Below are positions 56,384 to 64,000 of a DNA stretch of 64,000 bases, piece by piece; position 1 is the stretch's first letter, and every line of letters begins with the position of its first letter. The notes beneath the pieces are model-generated. The model had not been told where the DNA came from and made no database searches. It was given only the letters and a program-made list of their open reading frames with translations. This stretch comes from Dehalococcoidia bacterium. Lineage in GTDB: Bacteria > Chloroflexota > Dehalococcoidia > SM23-28-2 > RBG-16-64-32. A program made the position numbers and the translations under genes. The stretch spans positions 1,056,001 to 1,120,000 of the forward strand of contig CAXXTF010000002.1 in the NCBI GenBank assembly GCA_963665775.2, read 5' to 3'.

Positions 56384-56411
56384 CTTCGCTGGCTCGGCCT
56401 AAGCTCAAACC

Positions 56412-57254
56412 CTAGTCTGAGGCCAGACTCACGTTATCGATAAGCCGGGTGCCACCGATCCGCACCGCCAGCGACACCAGGGCCGTGCGGTCAACAACCG
56501 CCAGCTCCGCCAACGAATCGGAGTCGGCCACGCTGACGTAGTCGACCTGAGCCAGGGACTCCTGGGCCAGCACCTCGGCCACCGCCCGGCGCAGCCCTTC
56601 GGCGTCGCGCTCGCCCGCCCCGAACCGCTCCTCCGCCCGGCGGAGGGAGCGCCAGAGCACCATGGCCGCCCGTCGCTCCTCGGTCGAGAGGTTGACGTTA
56701 CGGCTGGACATGGCCAGTCCGTCGGGCTCCCGCAGCGTGGGGCAGGGCACGATCTCCAGCGGCAGGCCCAGATCGCGGACCATACGGCTGATGACCCGAA
56801 GCTGCTGGGCGTCCTTCTGGCCGAAGTAGGCGCGGTGGGGCCGCACGATGCGGAAGAGCCGGGCGACGACGGTCGTGACGCCGCGGAAGTGGCCGGGGCG
56901 TGAGGCCCCCTCCAGACGGTCGACCAGGGGCCCGCTCACCTCCACCCAGTCCTCGAAGCCGGGCGGATACATCTCTTCGACAGAAGGCATGAAGAGCACG
57001 TCCACGCTCTCGCCCTCCAGGAGGCGGAGGTCACGCTCCGGGTCACGGGGGTAGCGGTCGAAGTCCTCGCCGGGACGAAACTGGGTGGGGTTCACGAAGA
57101 TGCTGACGATGATCTGGTCGCTCTCGGCCCGGGCGCGCCGGACAAGGGAGAGGTGACCTTCGTGAAGGTAGCCCATAGTCGGCACCAAGCCAACGCTGCC
57201 CGCCATGCGGGCCCGCTGGGCCTCCATCTGGGCGACGGTCTCAACGACGTTCAT
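56412..57254 (-). CDS. panC: Pantoate--beta-alanine ligase
   Basis: VPTMGYLHEGH, FVNPTQF, RPGHF, FGQKDAQQ, GLAMSSRN, RLIDN. Confidence 0.97.
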   Translation of the reverse strand: MNVVETVAQMEAQRARMAGSVGLVPTMGYLHEGHLSLVRRARAESDQIIVSIFVNPTQFRPGEDFDRYPRDPERDLRLLEGESVDVLFMPSVEEMYPPGFEDWVEVSGPLVDRLEGASRPGHFRGVTTVVARLFRIVRPHRAYFGQKDAQQLRVISRMVRDLGLPLEIVPCPTLREPDGLAMSSRNVNLSTEERRAAMVLWRSLRRAEERFGAGERDAEGLRRAVAEVLAQESLAQVDYVSVADSDSLAELAVVDRTALVSLAVRIGGTRLIDNVSLASD

Positions 57255-57265
57255 GTTGGGGCGGG

Positions 57266-57298
57266 AAAACGTATCGCCCCGAGATCGTCGGGGCGATA
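57266..57298 (-). terminator. Hairpin/terminator between panB and panC
   Basis: 11-bp perfect stem TATCGCCCCGA/TCGGGGCGATA followed on the minus strand by CGTTTT. Confidence 0.55.
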
Positions 57299-57322
57299 AC
57301 GAGAAACACCTCGCTATGCTCG

Positions 57323-58165
57323 CTAGGCCAGGTGAGGCACCTCAGAGAACACCGACTCTTCCATGATGAAGCTCTCAAGATCGGTGGGGAAGCGACCGTC
57401 CTTCACCTCGGAAGTGTACTGGCGGACAGCGTCGACGACGGAATCGGCGAGGTGAGCGTAGCGCTTGGCGTGCTTGGGCATGAAATCAGCGATCAAGCCC
57501 AGCATGTCGTGGAGCACCTGCACCTGGCCGTCACAGTCGGGCCCGGCGCCGATGCCGATAGTGGGAACGCTGACCCGCTCCGTGATGGCCTTGGCCAGCT
57601 GAGTAGGGACGGTCTCCAACACGATGGCGTAGACGCCCGCCTGTTCCAGGGCAACGGCATCGTTCACGATCTTGACAGCGGCGGCGGGGGTCTTCCCCTG
57701 CACCTTGTAGCCGCCGAACTGATTGATGGACTGTGGGGTCAGCCCCAGGTGGCCCATAACTGGAATGCCTGCCTCCACCAGACAGCAGACCGCATCGGCG
57801 ACGCGCCGGCCGCCCTCCAGCTTCACGGATTGAGCGCCGCCCTCCTTCAGCATACGGCCGGCGTTGTGCAGAGCCTCCTGCGGACCGGCCTGATAGCTCA
57901 TGAACGGCATGTCCGCCACCACATGGGCGCCACGGGTGCCCCGCACGACAGGCTTCACGTGGTGAAGCATCTCGTCCATCGTCACGGGGATGGTGGAGTC
58001 GTAGCCGAGCACGACCATGCCGAGGCTATCGCCGACGAGAATGAGCGGTACGCCGGCCTCCTCCACAAGACGAGCGGAGGGATAGTCGTAAGCGGTCAGC
58101 ATGACGATCTTCTCGCCACGCTTCTTCATCGCCTTGAGGTCGGTTACTGATACGCGCCGGTCCAT
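57323..58165 (-). CDS. panB: 3-methyl-2-oxobutanoate hydroxymethyltransferase
   Basis: LTAYD, LVGDSLG, ADMPF, VKLEGG, GHLGLTPQ, IGIGAG, DGQV. Confidence 0.97.
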   Translation of the reverse strand: MDRRVSVTDLKAMKKRGEKIVMLTAYDYPSARLVEEAGVPLILVGDSLGMVVLGYDSTIPVTMDEMLHHVKPVVRGTRGAHVVADMPFMSYQAGPQEALHNAGRMLKEGGAQSVKLEGGRRVADAVCCLVEAGIPVMGHLGLTPQSINQFGGYKVQGKTPAAAVKIVNDAVALEQAGVYAIVLETVPTQLAKAITERVSVPTIGIGAGPDCDGQVQVLHDMLGLIADFMPKHAKRYAHLADSVVDAVRQYTSEVKDGRFPTDLESFIMEESVFSEVPHLA

Positions 58166-58178
58166 GTGGGATCACCCC

Positions 58179-58553
58179 TTATACAGCTAGGGCCACTTCC
58201 TCGGCTACCCGCACGACGCGGTTATCCTTGTCCACGTAGACGAGCTTCGGCCGGTGGGAGCGGGCTTCCTCTTCCTGGAACTGACCGTAAGTGAGAACGA
58301 TCACCAGGTCACCGGCATGGACGAGGCGGGCGGCGGCGCCGTTGAGCACAACCTCTCCGGCCCCGGGTGTCCCCTCTATGGCGTAGGTGGTCAGGCGAGC
58401 GCCGTTGTTTATGTCGAGTACGTGCACTTGCTCGTAGGGGATGATGTCGGCCGCCTCCATGAGGACGGGGTCCAGAGTGATGGAGCCCTCGTAATCGATG
58501 TCGGCCCCCGTGACGGTAGCCCTATGTATCTTGCTCTTGAGCATCGTCCGCAT
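58179..58553 (-). CDS. panD: Aspartate 1-decarboxylase
   Basis: KSKIHRATVT, YEGSIT, NGARLTTY, NGAAA. Confidence 0.97.
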   Translation of the reverse strand: MRTMLKSKIHRATVTGADIDYEGSITLDPVLMEAADIIPYEQVHVLDINNGARLTTYAIEGTPGAGEVVLNGAAARLVHAGDLVIVLTYGQFQEEEARSHRPKLVYVDKDNRVVRVAEEVALAV

Positions 58554-58581
58554 CTATCTCACCTCAGTCCCTCAGGCACCT

Positions 58582-58613
58582 AAAATGCCCTCCCGGTGGC
58601 AACCGAGAGGGCA
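58582..58613 (-). terminator. Attenuator terminator in the panD leader
   Basis: Minus strand TGCCCTCTCGGT-TGCC-ACCGGGAGGGCA-TTTT. Confidence 0.8.
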
Positions 58614-58628
58614 CACATGTTTCGCCTC

Positions 58629-58670
58629 TATGTGCCGTCTCGGTCGGGTTTCCGATCCAAGCGGGTGCAA
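58629..58670 (-). ncRNA. pan RNA motif-like cis-regulatory element
   Basis: Minus strand CCGCTTGGATCGG-AAA-CCCGACCGAGACGG hairpin with bulged A residues directly upstream of panDBC; resembles the pan motif from memory, not tested against a model. Confidence 0.7.
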
Positions 58671-58714
58671 CTATTCTTCGTGGCTCGCTGCCCACATGGG
58701 TCAGCGGCAGGCCG

Positions 58715-58744
58715 ATTATAGCAGGCACATAGACAGCGGGTCAA
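58715..58744 (-). promoter_or_regulatory. Promoter of panDBC
   Basis: TTGACC-N18-TATAAT with extended -10 TG. Confidence 0.7.
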
Positions 58745-58816
58745 GTACACGAAGACCGAGAACCCAGTTGCCCACACTGAAGAAACTAAAGAAAGAGTCA
58801 CAGCAAACACACCCCC

Positions 58817-59803
58817 CTAGGACGCTGACTGCAGCCACTCCCTCGCCGAGGGCACCCCGGCCAGACCTGTCGCCTGCGTCACCCCTCGCACGATGGCCCG
58901 CTCGACGGCGCGGGCCGCCAAGGCGCCCAGCTGCAGGATGTCCGTCTCGGCGTTCGTGCTGCCGGTGGCCAGAGCGAAGATCGTGTCGCCGTCGACAGGG
59001 CTATGCGCGGGACGGACGGCGCGGGCGAGGCCGGTCTGGGCCATGACGGCGAGCCGGTAAGCCTCCTCCTTCGTAAGGGAAGCGTCTGTGGCGACCACGC
59101 CGATGGTGCTGTTGGGCTCTCGCGCGAAAGGGGAGCGAGGCGGCCGCGCCCGCAGCGCCGCCAGGGTGTCGGCGAAGGCACCGGCGGTCTCGCCACGGGG
59201 CCCAGCGACGACACGACCGCTGTCGGGCTCAACCACCTCGCCGAAGCTGTTGACGGCGACGATGGCGCCGACGGTGACACCTGAAGCCGTGCGCTCACAG
59301 GCGGTTCCGAGGCCGCCCTTGAGAATCCGCTCTCGACCGAGGGCCTTGGCCACCGTGGCCCCCGTGCCGGCACCGACGCAACCCTCATCGACAGCGCCAT
59401 CGCCGGCAGCCCGGCAGGCCGCGTAGCCGCTGTCGGCGTTCGGCCGTACGTCGGACCGGCCCAGCGACAGATCGATGAGCACAGCGCCCACGACTATCGG
59501 TACCACGCCCGCCGAGATGGGGAAGCCGTGGCCCCGCTCCTCCAGCCAGCGCATGATGCCGGCGGCGGCGTCCAGGCCATAGGCGCTGCCCCCCGTCAGG
59601 AGAACGGCGTGCACGCGCTCGACAAGTTGGCCCGGCCTCAGGAGGTCGGTCTCGCGGGTGCCGGGGGCGCCGCCGCGAACGTCGGCGGAGGCGACTGCGC
59701 CCTCCGGACAGAGGACGACAGTGCAGCCGGTAGCGGCCTCTGAATGGGTCCAATGGCCTACTTGAAGACCGGCTACAGCGGTTATCGCGTCAGGTTTGAT
59801 CAA
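58817..59803 (-). CDS. P1/S58 family peptidase (DmpA-like)
   Basis: VGH, TGCTVV, DVRGGAPGTRET, LTGGSAYGL, VGAGTGA, NSTIG, DGD. Confidence 0.9.
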   Translation of the reverse strand: MIKPDAITAVAGLQVGHWTHSEAATGCTVVLCPEGAVASADVRGGAPGTRETDLLRPGQLVERVHAVLLTGGSAYGLDAAAGIMRWLEERGHGFPISAGVVPIVVGAVLIDLSLGRSDVRPNADSGYAACRAAGDGAVDEGCVGAGTGATVAKALGRERILKGGLGTACERTASGVTVGAIVAVNSFGEVVEPDSGRVVAGPRGETAGAFADTLAALRARPPRSPFAREPNSTIGVVATDASLTKEEAYRLAVMAQTGLARAVRPAHSPVDGDTIFALATGSTNAETDILQLGALAARAVERAIVRGVTQATGLAGVPSAREWLQSAS

Positions 59804-59960
59804 GATGATGCATCCGATTGGGCACGCAGCACGTCTATAATAAATGATACTCTGAACTAGAGACCAAGCCTGGGGTAACGTATCCGTTGGTCCATTCGTT
59901 TATACTCAAGAGTTGGGCAGGCAGTAGCTTGCGCCGAAATCAGCGTTTATCGGAGGTTAG

Positions 59961-60728
59961 ATGAGGGGCATTCTGAGTAGGCGAGTACTGGTCTCATTGG
60001 GAGCAGTCGCGTTCGTCGTGGGGATAATCATGACGGCGGTGGGAGTGCTCAGCGTCCTCGACTCCCCCGACAAGAGCGCGGCAAACCTAAGCCTACCCTC
60101 TGCAGCGACAGCAACCGCGACAGCGGCACCCGATACGACGCCCACACCCGCGGCGACCCTATCGGCTACGGTAACAGATACGCCATCGCCCACACCAGAG
60201 CCGACGCCGCCCCTGGGAGAGACGCCGTTCCGTATGGTTATCGAGAGCATCGGCGTGGACGCGCCGGTCGAGACGTACGGGCTGGACGCTAACGCGATAC
60301 CCGAGGTGCCCACCGATTACAACAGCGACAACCCCGCTGGCATCGTCGCCTGGTACAGCTTTTCGGGAGAGCCGGGAACGGGCGATAACGCCGTATTCTC
60401 CGGCCACGTGACCTGGTTCGGAAAGGCCGTGTTCTGGGACCTCAACAAGCTGGAAATTGGCGACACCATCAAGCTAAAGGGTGAGAACGGGGCAGAGCTG
60501 GTATACGCCGTGTCCGACAGCTTTCTGGTGGACCCCACCGATCCTGAGGCTGTCAGGGTGATGGACCACGCAACAGAGGACATCATCACCCTAATCACCT
60601 GCGACGGTGCGTTTGTCGACACCGGTGACCCCGTCTTCGGCGGCGAGTACTCGGACCGACGCGTAATCCGCGCCGAGCTGATGAGCATCACCGGGCCGGA
60701 CACGCCGGCGGGGCCGTACGAGCCTTAA
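59961..60728 (+). CDS. Class F-like sortase
   Basis: N-terminal TM, Pro/Thr linker, IGVDAPV, PGTGDNAVFSGH, LITC and downstream Arg (His/Cys/Arg triad). Confidence 0.88.
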   Translation: MRGILSRRVLVSLGAVAFVVGIIMTAVGVLSVLDSPDKSAANLSLPSAATATATAAPDTTPTPAATLSATVTDTPSPTPEPTPPLGETPFRMVIESIGVDAPVETYGLDANAIPEVPTDYNSDNPAGIVAWYSFSGEPGTGDNAVFSGHVTWFGKAVFWDLNKLEIGDTIKLKGENGAELVYAVSDSFLVDPTDPEAVRVMDHATEDIITLITCDGAFVDTGDPVFGGEYSDRRVIRAELMSITGPDTPAGPYEP

Positions 60729-60798
60729 GGCGGCGGCTAGAATCCACTGAACTGCAACTCCTGCAGCTAGCCTTAATCCGCGCTCATCTGTAGCTGAT

Positions 60799-61614
60799 CT
60801 ATCGCTGACACCGGGGGCAGAAGTGGGTGCTGCGGCCGCCCACCTTGACGCGCCGGATGGGGGTGCCGCAGTCGTAGCAGGGCTGGCTCGTGCGTCGGAA
60901 GACCCGCACGTGCAGCTGATGCATGCCCTCCCTTCCGGCGCTGTCCACGTAGTCGCGAAAGCTGGAGCCGCGGTTGCCCATCGCCTCGACCAACACCTGC
61001 CGGATAGCGGCATGGAGACGGTCGCTCGCCTGCCTGGAGAGGCCGCGGGCGGCGCGCCTGGGGTTGATCCTGGCGACGAACAGGGCCTCGTCGGCATAGA
61101 TGTTGCCGATACCGGCGATCGCCGCCTGATCGAGGAGGACAGACTTCACGGGAGCCGAGCGCCGCAGCAGCGGGCGCAACTCCTGGGGTCCGAACTCCTC
61201 GCCCAGCGGTTCGGGGCCGAGCTTACCGACGACCATAGACTCGTCGTCCACCAGCCACATCATGCCCAACTTGCGCAGGTCCCGGTAGCAGAGCCAGCTA
61301 CCGTCATCCAGGCGGAAGCGAGCGCGCAGGTGCAGGTCAGCGGGGCAGCCGGAGCTGCTGTACTGGAGGGAGCCGGTCATGCGCAGGTGGACGACCCAGA
61401 CGAGGCCGCTGGCCAGGCGGAAGAGGAGGTACTTGCCACGGCGGGCCACGTCATCGATGCGCTGGCCGGACAGGACGCGGCAGAGCTCTTCCGGCGGCAG
61501 AAGCTGGACCAGCTTGGGGGCGTCCGGCGAGACCCTGGCCTCCACGATCGTGCGGCCCAGGATGAGGGGCATTAGGTCCCGCCGAATCGTCTCGACTTCG
61601 GGGAGCTCAGGCAT
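60799..61614 (-). CDS. mutM: Formamidopyrimidine-DNA glycosylase
   Basis: MPELPEVET, RRGKYL, HLRMTG, GIGNIYADE, C-terminal zinc finger. Confidence 0.97.
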   Translation of the reverse strand: MPELPEVETIRRDLMPLILGRTIVEARVSPDAPKLVQLLPPEELCRVLSGQRIDDVARRGKYLLFRLASGLVWVVHLRMTGSLQYSSSGCPADLHLRARFRLDDGSWLCYRDLRKLGMMWLVDDESMVVGKLGPEPLGEEFGPQELRPLLRRSAPVKSVLLDQAAIAGIGNIYADEALFVARINPRRAARGLSRQASDRLHAAIRQVLVEAMGNRGSSFRDYVDSAGREGMHQLHVRVFRRTSQPCYDCGTPIRRVKVGGRSTHFCPRCQR

Positions 61615-61669
61615 CTACGCTTTTCGGGCGACGAAGTCGTCCTGCGCGTAGCCGCCGGAGGGGTCCACG

Positions 61670-64000
61670 CTACCCGCCCATCTCCTCGATGCCGGAGGGC
61701 TCTCCGTACTCCATCTCACCCCAGTTGCGGCCCACCTTTGTGTCCACCTTCAGGGGAACGAACATCTCCATCGACTTGGGCATTATGTCGAGGACGAGGG
61801 CGCGAATCTCCTCCAGCTCCTCCTGGGGGCACTCGAAGATCAGCTCGTCGTGGACCTGGAGCGTCATGAGAGCGCGCATCTTGCGGCGCTCCATCTCGGC
61901 GTCGATGCGGCTCATGGCGATCTTGATGATGTCGGCGGCCGTGCCCTGGACCGGCATGTTGATAGCCGCCCGCTCGGCGGCCTGGCGGACGTTGAAGTTG
62001 CCGGAGCTGATCTCAGGCAGGTAGCGACGGCGGCCGAACAGGGTCTCCGCGTAGCCCAGCTCGCGCACCCGCTGGACAGTCTCCTCCATATATCGCTTGA
62101 TGCCGGGGTACTTTTCGAAGTAGGTACGGATGAACTCGGCCGCCTCCTCGCGGGGGATGCGCTCGCGGGTGGAGAGGCCGTACTCGCTGAGGCCGTAGAG
62201 GACACCGAAGTTGAACACCTTGGCGCGGCGGCGCATGTCGGACGTGACCTCCTGGAGGGGGACGCTAAAGACATGGGAGGCGGTCGTGGCGTGGATGTCC
62301 TCGTCGCGGAGGAAGGCCTCAACGAGGCCGGGGTCCTGGGTTATGTGAGCCATGATGCGCAGCTCTACCTGGGAGTAGTCTGCGGAGAGGAGACGCGGAT
62401 CGGGCCCGACATCACGGGCGACGAAAGCGCGGCGAATCTGGCTGCCCAGCTCGGTGCGGACGGGGATGTTCTGGAGGTTGGGGTTGCTGGAAGAGAGGCG
62501 CCCGGTGGCCGCCCCCGTCTGGTTGAAGTCGGTATGGAGGCGGCGAGTACGAGGGTGAACGAGGTCGGGAAGGGTATCCAGGTAGGTAGACTTGAGCTTG
62601 GTCAGCTCCCGGTACTCGTAGATGAAGTCGACGATGTCGTGCAGGCCACGCAGGCCCTCCAGGGCCTGGGCATCGGTGCTGTAGGCGCCGCTCTTGAGAT
62701 GACGGGTCTTGGGCAGGTGCAGCTCCTCGAAGAGGATGTGGCTGAGCTGCTGGGGCGAGCTCATGTTGAACTCGTGGCCGACGGAGCGGTAGATATCCTC
62801 CTCAATGCGGCGAACCTCCAGGGCAAGAGTCTCCGACATCTCCCGCAGCGCTCCCCTGTCGATGGCGACACCGTTCATCTCCATGCGGGCGAGGATGGAG
62901 ACGAGCGGCATCTCGATCTCCTGAAACAGGCGGCGCATCCCCTTCTCCTCCAGCTCGGGCTCGAACAGGTCGCGGAGCCGGGCGGTCATGTCGGCGTCGG
63001 CGCAGGCGTAGCGGGCAGACGTCTCGATATCGACCTGATCCATGGTAAGCTGCGTGCCCTTACGGCCGCTGCCCAGGAGGTCGGAGATCGGGGTCATCTC
63101 GACGCCCAGGCGGCTGGAGGCGAGCCACTTGAGGCCCAGGGCACCCTGGCCGGGGCGACCGCCGCCTTCGCCCAGGAGATAGGCGGCGATCATGGTGTCG
63201 AAGGCGACGCCACGGGGCCAGACGCCGTGTTGGGCCAGAACCACGATGTCGTACTTGAGGTTGTGGCCATCGAGGCGAACCTCCGGCTCCTCCAGGAGGG
63301 GGCCGAGGCGTCCCAGGACGGTGGAAAGCGGTAGCTGACCATCGCCGGCGTGGCCCACGGGCAGGTAGAACACCTCGCCGTCGCCGAGGCCGATGGAGAT
63401 GCCCACGAGGTCGGCGCGCATGGCGTCGATATCCGTGGTCTCGGTGTCGAGGGCGAACCGCTTCTGCCCGGCGATGCGCCCGGCCAGCGCGTCCAGCGCT
63501 TCCTCCGTGCGGACGGTGGAGTAGCGCTCCTCCGGGGCGCCGGCGGAGGCGGGCATAGCCCGGGCGACCTCGCTGGCTGCCGCCCCTTCTGGCACGCGGG
63601 ACGCGAGGCTGCGGAACTCCAGCTCCCTGAAGAAGTCTAGGAGGCGCTGGCGATCGTAGTGGGCGGCGACGTCCGCGCCATCAAGATCGAGCTGCACGGG
63701 CGCGTCCATGACGATGGTGGCTAGGAGCTTGCTCTGACGCAGTTGCTGCTCGCCGGCACGAATGGCGCCCTCGATCCTCGCCGGCTGCACGTCGTCGATC
63801 CGCTCCAGAATCGCCTCGACGCTGCCGAACTCCTGGATCAGCCTGATGGCGGTCTTCTCGCCGACACCGGGCACGCCAGCGATGTTATCGGATGCATCAC
63901 CCTTCAGGGCCTTGAGGTCTGGCATCTGGTTAGGCATGACGCCGTAGCGCTCAGCCACATCATCGTCGGTGAGGTAGAGCACGTAGTCGCGCTGATAAGG
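61670..64000 (-). CDS. polA: DNA polymerase I (5' part outside the window)
   Basis: GDASDNIAGVPGVGEKTA, DTET, TGRLSSSNPNLQNIP, ADYSQVELR, QGTAADIIK, QVHDE. Confidence 0.97.
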   Translation of the reverse strand, partial: PYQRDYVLYLTDDDVAERYGVMPNQMPDLKALKGDASDNIAGVPGVGEKTAIRLIQEFGSVEAILERIDDVQPARIEGAIRAGEQQLRQSKLLATIVMDAPVQLDLDGADVAAHYDRQRLLDFFRELEFRSLASRVPEGAAASEVARAMPASAGAPEERYSTVRTEEALDALAGRIAGQKRFALDTETTDIDAMRADLVGISIGLGDGEVFYLPVGHAGDGQLPLSTVLGRLGPLLEEPEVRLDGHNLKYDIVVLAQHGVWPRGVAFDTMIAAYLLGEGGGRPGQGALGLKWLASSRLGVEMTPISDLLGSGRKGTQLTMDQVDIETSARYACADADMTARLRDLFEPELEEKGMRRLFQEIEMPLVSILARMEMNGVAIDRGALREMSETLALEVRRIEEDIYRSVGHEFNMSSPQQLSHILFEELHLPKTRHLKSGAYSTDAQALEGLRGLHDIVDFIYEYRELTKLKSTYLDTLPDLVHPRTRRLHTDFNQTGAATGRLSSSNPNLQNIPVRTELGSQIRRAFVARDVGPDPRLLSADYSQVELRIMAHITQDPGLVEAFLRDEDIHATTASHVFSVPLQEVTSDMRRRAKVFNFGVLYGLSEYGLSTRERIPREEAAEFIRTYFEKYPGIKRYMEETVQRVRELGYAETLFGRRRYLPEISSGNFNVRQAAERAAINMPVQGTAADIIKIAMSRIDAEMERRKMRALMTLQVHDELIFECPQEELEEIRALVLDIMPKSMEMFVPLKVDTKVGRNWGEMEYGEPSGIEEMGG

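Overview
A GC-rich bacterial core-genome window with about 62 densely packed CDS. Gene content and order (dprA-topA-xerC, dgt-dnaG-rpoD, rpmF-fabD-fabG-nusB-acpP, atypical PurN, class F sortase) suggest Chloroflexota, probably Dehalococcoidia-like; this placement is inference. It contains RNase P RNA (rnpB) and a pan-type leader RNA with a terminator/antiterminator. I found no rRNA, tRNA, CRISPR array, transposase or prophage. The most notable observations are: (1) a full-length large-serine-recombinase-like protein that has lost its catalytic motifs and lies tightly between a zinc-ribbon gene and rnhA; (2) small palindromic elements inserted in frame in alaS, topA, pabC and uvrB; (3) a low-GC divergent segment inside alaS with a substituted G3:U70-recognition residue; (4) an unannotated unit of promoter, strong SD, 24-codon ORF, structured RNA and terminator upstream of birA; (5) a structured glmS leader that is not the glmS ribozyme; (6) a surface protein with a recent 558-bp duplication carrying TGG>TGA. 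All calls come from motif recognition by eye; no searches were run.
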